A DNA stretch of 64,000 bases, taken from assembly GCA_051294375.1 (NCBI GenBank), contig CM119268.1, forward strand, positions 17,885,562-17,949,561, written 5' to 3'. Made by a program: the position numbers and the translations under genes. This document shows positions 37,691-50,127 of this stretch, piece by piece. Numbering within the stretch: position 1 is the stretch's first letter; each line of letters starts with the position of its first letter. Source of the DNA: Paraspadella gotoi. Its lineage: Eukaryota > Animalia > Chaetognatha. The notes below the pieces were generated by a model, which did no database searches, was not told where the DNA came from, and saw only the letters and a list, made by a program, of their open reading frames with translations.

Positions 37691-38792
37691 AGTCACGCTC
37701 CGAGGAAATGGAAAACCATCTTTTTTTCCATTTTTTTTTGCGAAGAAATAAAAGAAGCAAAAGATAAAAATTGTACGAAATACGAAGGAATTTTTAATGA
37801 GGCCAAAAAAATTGCGAAACTTAGAAAATTAAATGATTAATTTATTTACGAAAATTAGATGCGCGACGAGGGAAAATAATTTGCTCCGTCGTCGCACTCT
37901 GGTTTAATTTTAATGAAATAAATTTGTCAATTTCATGTCTTTGAATGTTTAAAATAAAACAAAGGAAGCTTAAAGAAAAAAAAAATCGAATCCTGAGGTT
38001 TTTTGTTTTTTCTCTCGGGAGCGATGCTCGCGCCTCAAGCGGCCGCCGAGCGAAAAATGGGTGAAGGCCGAAGTAACAAAGAGTNNNNNNNNNNNNNNNN
38101 NNNNNNNNNNNNNNNNNNNNNNNNNNNNNNNNNNNNNNNNNNNNNNNNNNNNNNNNNNNNNNNNNNNNNNNNNNNNNNNNNNNNNNNNNNNNNNNNNNNN
38201 NNNNNNNNNNNNNNNNNNNNNNNNNNNNNNNNNNNNNNNNNNNNNNNNNNNNNNNNNNNNNNNNNNNNNNNNNNNNNNNNNNNNNNNNNNNNNNNNNNNN
38301 NNNNNNNNNNNNNNNNNNNNNNNNNNNNNNNNNNNNNNNNNNNNNNNNNNNNNNNNNNNNNNNNNNNNNNNNNNNNNNNNNNNNNNNNNNNNNNNNNNNN
38401 NNNNNNNNNNNNNNNNNNNNNNNNNNNNNNNNNNNNNNNNNNNNNNNNNNNNNNNNNNNNNNNNNNNNNNNNNNNNNNNNNNNNNNNNNNNNNNNNNNNN
38501 NNNNNNNNNNNNNNNNNNNNNNNNNNNNNNNNNNNNNNNNNNNNNNNNNNNNNNNNNNNNNNNNNNNNNNNNNNNNNNNNNNNNNNNNNNNNNNNNNNNN
38601 NNNNNNNNNNNNNNNNNNNNNNNNNNNNNNNNNGACGAGAGAGGACGGAGAATCAAGAGAGAGGGCGGCACGGAGAGGAGAGACGAGGACGGAGACGGGA
38701 GGGAGAGAGACAGAGATGAAGAGGAGAGAGATGATGAGACAGATGAGAGAGAAGAGAGGAAGAAATAGACGAAAAAAAAGGAAAAAAGAAAA

Positions 38793-38837
<45 letters not shown>

Positions 38838-39174
38838 AAAACGAGGAGAGAGAGAGAGATAGATAGAGAGAGAGAGAGATAGAGGACCACGAGAGACGAA
38901 GAGAGGAGAAGAGAGAGAGTGAAGAGAGAGAGCTAGACTGAGATGAGACCCGTATGGACGCCGAGACGGAGATGAGAGAAGAAGAGAAGAAAGATAGAGA
39001 GAAGAGAGAGATGAGACGTGAGATGAGAGACGAAGAGAGAGAGAGAGAGAGAAGAAAAGCATTTATTCCCAACGTGGAGGAAACGAAAGAAAAGAATCTG
39101 TGTTTGAAAGCATTAAAATAGAAAACGGGCATAAAATACAAAACAACGAGGGGAAAAACGGACCAAAAAAAATT

Positions 39175-39215
<41 letters not shown>

Positions 39216-39825
39216 GGTCGTCGTCGTCATCATCAGTCTGGATTATTCTCGCTCATTTCTAAATGAAATTTTTCTGATCTCCACTTCCGTTAAAATTGAA
39301 ATAAAAGTCAATTTTATTCGAGTTTATTTTTTATTTCTTATCTTTCGTCTTTTTTCATCGACGGCGCACAATTAGAAACAAATATATTTCATGCCATAGA
39401 GATCAAGGAAAAAAAAATATGGTGCATTAGGGAAGCAATAATCCTATGGACACTGAGTAAAAAAGACTCTTTAAAGAATAAATCATCGATGACATAAAAG
39501 ATGACAGAAATGACACAAGTAATAGATATTAAATATTCTCATGCAAGACTCGTTCGGATCCCAACGGAGAGAGTTGAATTCAAAGGATGGAACCAAAAGA
39601 GACAAATACTTTGTTCAAAACCTCATTCAGCTGTTTTTGGGTGAGTGTAAGATAAGCTCGAATTAAGCCACAGATTTTAAAAAAAAACCATTTAAATAAC
39701 GAAGCCTATGTTATATCACGAGACAGTTCATCTATATTTTCATGATAAGAAAGGAAGAACCTAACGTCTACTCATCAGGCGGGTTCGTCTCCGCGAACCT
39801 TTCCACCTGAGATCGAATAACTTCC

Positions 39826-42800
39826 TCATATCATTATCCTCGATCCGGGCACGTATCTCGAATCCCGCCAAATGTTGGACTCGCCCCCGTTGCCCAGGTG
39901 ACGCTCGCACTGTCCGCACCGTCGGTACTTGTCCGTCTGCTCGTGCACGAGATCGCACGGGGCCCGGAAGCGAGCGCGGTCGTCGGCCTCGCGTCGCAGC
40001 TTGAGCGCGTGCGAGGAAAACCAATCGTTCTCCAGGGATTTGCGGTTTGAGACGACGCGTTCGAACCGGGAGGCGCGGTCCTGTGAGGGGTGGGGGATAT
40101 TTGGGGGTGGAGGGGTAGAGAAGGGTAAAGAGGGTGGGGAGAGGGAGGAGGGGGCAAGCAGAGCGAAATTTTAAACGTCGGCCACTTAAAAAGCGATCGA
40201 ATTCGCTTCATTTAAAAAAAAGCTCTTTATTTAACCTAATCGAAGCACATGTTTCATTCAGCAACCTTATAAATCGCCTACCCTCTGCTGCAGCATCTCC
40301 GACATGGTCTACAGACTGCATCGCTTTCATTCCCCTCAAATTTAATATTTCCTGACCCAATTTTCCACAAAACTTACCTTTTAATCCTCACTTACTTTTC
40401 TATGCCTTACAGACCCTACCCCTCTCTCTCTCCAGATTTACCTGCAGCAACTCCCTCTTGATCTTTGCCAGCGCCTCCGCCTCCTCCCTCTGCCGCTCGA
40501 TCGTCTCCAGCGCCTCTCTCCTCCTGCGCTGCTGCGTCGTCTCCGCCTGATGCGTCGCCGTCTCCCGATTCCTCGCTTTTCTCGCCTCGACTTTGTCGAC
40601 GGTGTTGTCCGTGAGGCCGAAGATGGGCTCCGTAGCGTCGGGGACGGACTTGGGCACCTCGGTCGGTTTGTTGCGGACCTGATGGAAGTAAGTATGAGTT
40701 GTTCCATTGTTTCTTCGTTCTTTATTTGGATCGAACTGAATATTTTGATATATTTGATATTTTTGTTTTATGCAAAATTAAATGTTTTCATTTTTTCTAC
40801 AGATTTTTCGCTGTTTTTGTCTTTTAGGTTTGGTTTGTTGTCTTCTTTTTATTAAAATTGGTGTTTATTAAATGGTAAATATAAAAACAATTTTTTTGCT
40901 TTTCTCTTCTGTTGGACTCAATTTTTTGAAGAATCACTGGAACTGTCAATAACTCCTAATTGTAACTTGTTTAAGAAAACATTGATTTTTATTCTAATTA
41001 AATTTAATTCATCATCTACATTTTTTCCCTTGCCACGGATAGATTGATCAATAAATTCTTCGGCTCATGTTTGGTTAAAATCTAAAATTGTATGATAAAA
41101 TTTTGTTTCGCTTCTCGGGCCTTCTGATGGTTAATTGGACAAAGATCTATTGATTCAATTTACTACTTCTGCCGCACAATGATCATTTGTAAATATACTA
41201 ATTTATACCTGCGTCATGAGGGCATTCTTGTACTGCTGTTGAATGGCCTTTTTTGAGTCGAGATAGGCCGCCCTCTCTTTGGCCAAATCGTCGGCGAGTT
41301 CCTTCTGTTCCCTTCGCTCTTCATCCTCCGCATGGCGTTTCCTCTTCATCATCATCTGATGTTTGGAGTCGACCTTAATGAGATAATCGGTAAAGCAATC
41401 AATCAATCAAGCAATCAATTATTATTCAATTAATCAATTATTCAATTAATCAATCAATCAATCAACTCACTTGAGAGTAAAGATCCCGATGATATTTTTC
41501 CTGAGCCACGTATCGAGGAGGAGTTAAGGGTCTGTAAACCGAAAAAAAAGGTTAAATGTTTACTAAAATTTGGTTCGATTGAGCTTTTTTGGCCGAGCGA
41601 CCAATGATTGCGCGGACTTCCATTCACTTGTCCCACTGATCTGGTTACCGTTACCCTGTTCAAATAGCCAATTTCTCTATCTTTTTTCACTCTGCCTGAA
41701 AATTTAAACTGTCTATTAGTCTGTTTTCATGAGAAATAAATCCACTTCGATTTCATATTAAAATCCGTCGACTTGGACGCAAATGTGGTGGCAGCGATGC
41801 GATTCGAACCCACGCCTTCGAAGATAGTAACTAACTAACGTTAAATTAAAAAAACTATACATAACTAGTTCGCACGCAACCTTCCTCCTGTGATCTAACC
41901 ACTGACTTTCTCCCCCACTTCGTACTGACCCGACTTCCAATCACGGGCCTCTCCAACTTACCTGAGATCAAAGATGTAGGAGGGATGCGTGGAGGTCTCC
42001 TTGACGCTTCTCTCCATCTTCTGCTGCGAAGCGACGCCGCGATTGAACTCCGCCATTCGACGCCGCTCTTCGCGGATGTCCGCCTGACGCCGCGATTCCG
42101 CCTCCATCGCCTGATGAGGGGGGGGGGTTAGTGGTGAAATTTGGTAGCATGAAAGTCGATCAGGGGAAAGAAGGGATAGAAAAGTAATCAAAGTGGTAAG
42201 AACACATCTGATTATTAAGATATAACGAATCGATAAAGACTGGACGGTTTGATTTAAGATAATCAGTGATGCAAATAGCATTCTTAATATTCCACTGCGG
42301 AATTACATGTTACATAAGTCTTTCACTACCCAAGCTCTTTCTCGGCAATTTTCCCGGCCTCACCCAATCTTCCTTACCTTCCTCTCCTGGTCACGCTGAT
42401 ATTGTTGCAGAACCATATCCTCTTCCCTCTCTTTCCTCATCCTCTCCTCATCAAAATAAACCGGAATGTTCCTCCTCGCTCTTCCATGACACAAGTGGCA
42501 GAGATCTTCCCCAGCAACCGCGTGACCGCAGGCTTCCGCCTCCGTCTCCGCCGAAACTCTTTCCAGAGGCGCTCCGTCGGCGTCCGGCGGCGGCGGCGCG
42601 GCCGGAATCACCGTGGCGGGGGCACCGTCGTTCTCTCCCCTCGCGCCGGGCGCCTGTTCGAGGCGTTCCATGCCGACGAGGGCGTGGCCTTCCGCCAACG
42701 GCGCCGCCGAAAATTCCTCCGGCAGTCGCGCCGCCGCCGATGAGATTCCTTCCAGCGCTGCGTCCGGAGCGGCGGCCAGCGCCTCTTGCTGCCGCTTGGC

Positions 42801-42965
42801 TACAGCCTCCGCCAATTCGCTCGTCCGGTTGGGCGAGGGCGGAAGCGGGACGTGACGTCGCGGGGATTGAGGGTCGCGATAAACCCCGAATTTTTCCGCG
42901 TCGATCCAGAGTGACTGACGACCCAAGTGGGTACGGGTCGAAAAGAAGTTGTTGCCCGTCCGCAT
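39826..42965 (-). CDS. CCDC81: CCDC81-like coiled-coil protein; exons 42378-(42965/43055), 41962-42110, 41471-41531, 41209-41373, 40442-40678, 39826-40080
   Basis: Spliced translation gives CGHAVAGEDLCHLCHGRARRNIPVYF, SYIFDLRPLTPP, YKNALMTQVRNKP..PDATEPIFG and C-terminal DKYRRCGQCERHLGNGGESNIWRDSRYVPGSRIMI*, matching the recalled C-terminal half of CCDC81. All introns are GT-AG with compatible phases. The start codon is uncertain. Confidence 0.85.
41786..41827 (-). pseudogene. 3' fragment of a tRNA-Leu with genomically encoded CCA, inside a CCDC81 intron
   Basis: Minus strand CTATCTTCGAAGGCGTGGGTTCGAATCGCATCGCTGCCA-CCA resembles the variable arm, T arm and acceptor of eukaryotic tRNA-Leu. 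No matching 5' half is adjacent. Confidence 0.6.
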
Positions 42966-43838
42966 TGCGCGGGAAAATGCGGACAGGGTAAGGGAGATGG
43001 AAGGGGAAGATTGGGGTGTGGAGAGGCCGAGCTTCTTTCTTCTACCGTTGGAGTCCTGTGGAGGAAGAGAGAAAATAAAAGGTAAACGAGTGAAAAACAA
43101 TGACGAGAAAACAATTGACTCGTTGAAAAACAAGACTATTTCCTCAAGAGATTCTTGTCGTCGTTTCTTTCTCTCTTTTCCTTTCCGCTCTGCGAAATCG
43201 TTTAACAAATTCTTTTTTTTATCTTTTTACGGAATACAAAACAAAGGGAATTATTCAAGAGCGAACGATGTTCATCAACGTGGAACTTTACGGAACAATT
43301 TTTATTTTTTGTTCCTGTGGGAAAAACGAAGAATAATTTAAAAAAAAGAGTTATATTTAGAAAATATTATAAAATAATTAAAAAAGGTTTTGTATGACGT
43401 AGCCGATGTTACTTTATATTTTTAGCGATTAAAATGTTCAGGATCAAACGCCGATCAGTTAACTTATATATATATATATATATCATAACTTATGATTAGT
43501 CTTTATTAACTCATAAGCAAAAATTATGAAGTCCATTCTATGAATATCAAAAAAATTCTTCATTTTAAACGCAAAGAATTTTTTTTTTCCTTCTCGCACT
43601 CCCTTCCGAATTTGGAATTGTTAATGGGTTTTAAGCGATGATTAACTGAGCAACGAAGCGGAGAAAATAGCCAAAAAAGAAAGGACGACCCGTCGTACGA
43701 TTTTTTTTTTTATAAAAAATCGGGTCGCGTTTCTCCGCACGAATCAATTTGATTCGTTTGTTTGAAAAGAGAAAAGTTGAAACTTTTTCCTTGGAAACGA
43801 ACCGCTCTTGGGAGTGAGAGAGAAAGTGGTGGGGGTTG

Positions 43839-43899
<61 letters not shown>

Positions 43900-44098
43900 C
43901 AAGTTGACATTCGTTTTACTCCCTCGAGTCGTTTGTCCAGCGAAGACTCAGACTCACTCAGGGTCACATTCCGCATTCGCTTTGGTTGTTGTTGTTGTTA
44001 TTTTTGTGAGAGTTTCAACTCGTGAAAATGAGGGACATAGATTGCTCCTGATCTATGATCGACGATCAATTATTAGTGATATTTTCCACCCTGAGCAG

Positions 44099-44710
44099 TA
44101 AGGCGTAGTGAAAGTTACATACGAAAATTCTAAAAGTCAATTATGAACAACATACCATCAGTGAACATTAATTTGTAAAAAAAATTAATTTTATGTTTTT
44201 TAATTTTCACAGTAGGCTATATTTATATATAGTACTATCCTTATTAAATCGAAAAATTTCAAAATAGGCTTTTCTTAATTTTGATTGCAGATTTGAATTC
44301 CTTGTCAAAAGTTGATAAAAGAAAATATAATTCATTTTTAAAAATTCTTTCATTAAGTTGGTTAAAAATTAAAAAAAACTATATTTAATATATAAAAACT
44401 TAATTTTCAGCTTAGAATATAGCTTTTTCTAATTTTTGACCCACTTAATGAAGGAATTTTTCAAAAAGAGTTATATTTCTTTCTATCAACTTTTTATGAC
44501 GAATCCAAATCTGCAAAAAAATCTTAGAAAAAACTGTTTTGAAATTTTAACATTTATTGGTTTAGTACTAGTATAAATATGGCCTACTGCGTAAATTGTA
44601 AAATTTATTATAAACTTTTTTATACATAAATGTTCACAAGTATAATGTTGTTCATTCCTCACTTTTAAAATTTTAATTAAAGTTAAACTTAGGAATTTTA
44701 CTACGCCTTA
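44099..44710. mobile_element. Foldback MITE (612 bp) with 8-bp TSD, hAT-like
   Basis: TIRs TAAGGCGTAGT...ACTACGCCTTA, identical flanking CTGAGCAG at 44091-44098 and 44711-44718, and an imperfect palindrome along the whole length centred near 44400. Confidence 0.85.
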
Positions 44711-44972
44711 CTGAGCAGCCGAGTTTCTCCGCAGTTAAATCCTTGTTAACTAAACTTCCCCTTTTATAAAAATAAATTCGTGAGTTAAGTTCTAACATGG
44801 TCGATTAAGTTGAATTTACATAATATTTTTTTTACTTAAACATATTTTCTAGTTTATGAGATGGTCAGCAATCAACATTTTGCTATCTGCATGTTGTTAA
44901 ATTCCTAAACTACAAAAATTTTGATTTTTATATTTGGTGTAGTAATCCTTTATTTTTCGTTTTTTAAAATTG

Positions 44973-45133
44973 TATTAGAGATTGGCAAAGTTTAAATTTT
45001 TTACAACGATTTCATTTTGCATTAAAAAAAGGACATGTTCCGGCATGTAATTCAAGCCTTCATCGGCGTTGTCCCTTTTTTAATGCAAAATAAAATCGTC
45101 GTAAAAAAATTCAAACTTTTAAAATCTCTAATA
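44973..45133 (-). mobile_element. Inverted repeat enclosing a degenerate hammerhead motif; Penelope-like pLTR remnant
   Basis: ~62-bp imperfect arms. The minus-strand loop reads CCGATGA-AGGC...GCC-GGAAC-ATGTC, and the downstream flank resembles that of the 17675 hammerhead (aaaatcgttg...aaactt...ctaata). Confidence 0.65.
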
Positions 45134-45504
45134 TGATTTTTAGATTTTAATTTATTATGAATATACAAACAAAGCCCAACCCAACGAGTTCAAACACCAA
45201 GTAAATTTAAAAAAAAACAAAACAAAACAAAAATACGATCGCGCATCGAGAAAGAAAATCGCAGATGCGTCGATCATCAATTTTATCGATTATTGGATTC
45301 GACTTTTTTTTTACTCCGGAAATAACGAAGACTTTTAAACGACGATAAAACGAACATTATTGATTCATAAAAAAAAGTCTATAAATAAATAAATAAATAA
45401 ATATGGACGAAAGAGGAGAAGAAAGGAAGATCGGAAATAATAGAAAATCTAAGGTTTTTTCTTTCTTTCGTCGTTTCCACAACAAAAAAAGAAAGTCTAA
45501 TTAT

Positions 45505-45745
<241 letters not shown>

Positions 45746-46285
45746 CTGTTGCTATAGTTTAAGGAAAAAAATGGGATATCGTCCAGGGAGAAACAAGCGT
45801 AGGAATGAACGAAGTCTAGAATCGATTTTAAATTGATGAAAAATAATAAATTACAATGCTCTTTAAAGAATCAAAGAATTAGTTTTAATTTTAGATAAAT
45901 AAAAACTAAAATCATGTTTTTTTTTTAATTTAAAAAGAGCTTATTCCTGTATCTTTTTTAATCTCGTAGAACTGACATCGATCTTTGAAGGAGAGGAAGA
46001 AGAGGAAGAGCGACGGATTCGATACGAATTGATACACACACGAAGAGACACACGCACACCCACAAACCCACACTGTCTAACAACGGGACGATACTCATCC
46101 CTCCTCACGCGATGCCGGAAATCCATTTGAAATTCTGTAACCGAGAAACATTAGAGATTATGTTACCAAAGCGAATCGACGTACAAACGGACCGTGAAAT
46201 TGGCGGCGATATTCGAAAGTTTTAAAAAAATAACCTCTGATCCTTACTCATCGTCTCCATAGATACATACGTCTCTGAGTTGGAA

Positions 46286-46396
<111 letters not shown>

Positions 46397-47234
46397 TTGA
46401 CTTCTTCTTGCGTAACATTCGGCATTTTCAAAAATTAGTCTGGAAACCTGTTTTAAAGATTTTAACTTTTTTCGCTTTCGTTCAGCAACTTGAGAAACTT
46501 GAATAACTTTTTTCTATTCCTGATTAAAAGTTTGAAGAGAAGAGAAATACAAATTTCAAAATTATCTTGAGCAATATTATTCATAGAAAGAAAAGTTTTT
46601 TTAAAGCCTTTTTAATTATCTCGTGAAAATGAGTTAAAGAAATTGTCAGACTTTCAAAAAGTGTCAGGTCTTCTCGAAGAATCTTTTTTTGACTTTTCCC
46701 CTTCAATCTTCGCCTCCGATATTTTAATCTGTTTTATCTTAACATTACAACTTAACATACAAACTGTCCGAGACTTGCGATTCTACCAGCGGTTTTAATC
46801 CCAATGATTTTTTTTTCTTTTAAATAAAACGTTTTATCGAAAACCTCTAGGTTTCTCATCAATTGACATCAGCGTTTTTAAAAGAAGATGTTGAGGATGA
46901 AAACGACGACGACGACGACGCTGATGTTAATGATGATTATTTATGATTGATGATGATGATGCGGAAGATTATTATAAACACGATTATAGAATCTTATTAT
47001 GTCATAAGAAATTAAATAAAAGGACGTTATCTCATAGGTAAACAAATAAACAAAAACGACGACGACGTCGACGATGACAATGACGATGGCGACGACGACG
47101 ACGACGATGAGAACGTTATTAAGTCTTTCGACGATTTAATTCTGTGAATCATTATTTACGCCTGAAGGACCAGGGAAGCGACGGTGATGATGAGGACGAC
47201 GGTGATCACGATGAAAGCGCCATCACTCATCGCT

Positions 47235-47355
<121 letters not shown>

Positions 47356-48495
47356 GGATTGGTGCGAAAAGTAGTAATTATAAAATCGCGGATGCCTTAC
47401 CGACATGAAAAATGAAGCTGGTCGACGACGACGACTATGATGAGGATGAAAACAACGATGACGACGAGGACAAGAACGACGACGACGACGACGACGATGA
47501 CGACGACGACGACGACTCCGGTTTAACGCAGAGTGAAACCTTTGGAGTGGTGGCGCCTCCGATGAAAATTGGTAGCGTCGAAGGAAGCCTCTTCGATGCT
47601 GAGGTGGGCTGCCAACTTCTTTGTTAAAAATGCCCTCTCAGTCACCCATATTTCGGAGGCAATTTCACCAAAACATATCTTCAATCTAAAGTGAATTTTT
47701 TTCCCAATTTTTTAACCCTGAGACAATAATTCAAATTCTCCAACTGTCCTTCCTCCTCCACCCCTCATACACCCCCTTATTTCCCACTTTCACCCCCTCG
47801 AGCCACGCCCCTTGGCGCCGAAGCAGAGCGCCACCCTATTACGTCGCCCGCGATAACGTTTTACTCGATAATGAGGCCCTCGTCGCGATGAAGCTGATAA
47901 AATGTCATAAAAGAGGGAAAAAGATTGCGATTGGAGCCATCGCCTCCAGGGGGTGGGAGGTGAAGCGGGGAGTTGGGGCAAAGGGAGGGAGTGAAAGTCG
48001 CGGGAAAGTCGAAAGCCGAGGTCCGTAGAAGATCCACGTGGCGTAAGTCACAAAATAGTGTTTTCATGTATATTTATACAAATAAATATGATAAAGGGCG
48101 TCGGGAAAACTTGGGTTACAAAGTAAGAAAGGGAGATATATTATATAGAATATTTAGAATGTATACATACATATTTGATGTTAAGAGAATGAGATAGAGA
48201 TAGATGAGGAGGAGGAAGAGGAGGAGAATGATCGGTGAGGGGAAGCCAAGACCCTGACAATTAATGGGAGATGATGGGAAACCAGCGCCAAGAAGTGAGG
48301 AAGAAGGTAAGGAGGAGGAGGAGGAGGTGAAGAGGAAAAAAGAAAGAAAGAAGAAAGTGGCTTGTAGCAAGAAAACATGATTTTGTTAAACTAAATAATG
48401 TTGTGGAACGTGAACGAGTGATGTTGTCAGGCACGAAGGAATGATGTTGGCTGGCGCATTACTACCGAGCTTTTACTGAGTAATATTCGCTCTTC

Positions 48496-48548
<53 letters not shown>

Positions 48549-48861
48549 CTATCTATCTTTCCCTCTCTCTCTGTCTGTCCCTTTCTCACTAACGTAAAAC
48601 TCACCATTGGTTAAAGAGATAAACCCACAAAATGATGGATGACTTAAGGAAAAAAAATTGAAATAAAAAAAATTAGATGAAATGAATAAAGAGAGGGAAA
48701 AAAGAAAAAAGTGAAAGTATAAATGATTCAAAGTAGATAAGTAATCTCATAAAAAAAAAACAGTAATGAAAAACATAAATACAAAAAATAAAAAGCTTTA
48801 CTTACGTACATATTAGTATAAGTAAAGCAAAAAGAGCTACTAAAGAGGGAGAGAAGGGAGA

Positions 48862-49018
<157 letters not shown>

Positions 49019-50127
49019 TAAGATTGTCCACTGAATATCTGACAAAAAAAAATATTCAGGTTTGTTGACTGCATATTTCTTTCTTTCTTTCTTTTATCTT
49101 TTTTTCTTCCTTTCTTTATTTTTTGCTTTCTTTTTTCTTCTGAAAAAAAATTATTTTTAGAAGTTTAGAAATTAAAACAAGTTATCAATGGTTTTTCTAG
49201 CGCGGTTAGAAAACTACCTCCTCTTCAGACTGGTTTTTCGTATGCGTTCCGATTGGTCGGTAGCACGAATAGGAATCAACTTTGAGAGAGAATGAAAAAA
49301 AATTTCAAACGCGATTTAGTACTCTCTCGTTTTTCTTTTGGAAATCCCGACTTTCCATTTTACTTTCCTTCTTAACAATTTGAAAGCACGGTTTTAATGT
49401 CTAAAACTAAATATTTTCGGCAATCTTTATCAAATAAAAATTATTTACATGTTAAATTTTATCTATCAATAATGCGTATTTTCGCTTATTTTTGCTTTGT
49501 CCGTAAATAATAAGTGTTGTCGATTTTTTTTTTTTAAATATCAAGTTCGACTTCGGTGTGATTGCCTCTCTCTGCGGAGAGGCAAAATCAACTAACAAAT
49601 TGACTTCAAGAGCGTTTACAGCAACTCCGTCACAATATGCCGTCAGGGATTAAACCCTCAAAAAATTGGTTGTAATGCGGTTATAGAACTGAAGTTATTG
49701 AAGTTGGTACAAACAATCCCTTTAAAAATTATCAATTCTTTTAATAAACGTAAATAAGCTATTTTTCTCCATAAAATTGGAAAGTTTTTGAGGGTTATGG
49801 ACTCCATCCATATGACTAAATTATAGTAGCCTTTTCAGGCCAAGTCAACTAATTAAAATAGACTGGGAAAAAGTCTTGGATGGAGGTCTTTTAATCTATC
49901 GGAGACAGTCAAAATTCAGGGGAAAAATAGCTTATTTATTATCGCGAGGGAAGCAGGTTACTGATCAATGACGTGAAGCACTCTCGCTAAATATGACAGT
50001 TTAAAAAAATTTATTTTTCTTTATTTTTTTTTCTCGAATCAATTCAATTGTTAAATACGTAAATCAAAAAAAAATATTTTTTTAAACTACAGTTATGTTA
50101 AGCTTTTAAAGAAAAAAAGGAACAATC

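Noticed and set aside
41480-41650. Possible C/D-box snoRNA (TGATGA...CTGA) on the plus strand
   Set aside because: It is antisense to the host gene, and 41471-41531 is explained as a CCDC81 coding exon.
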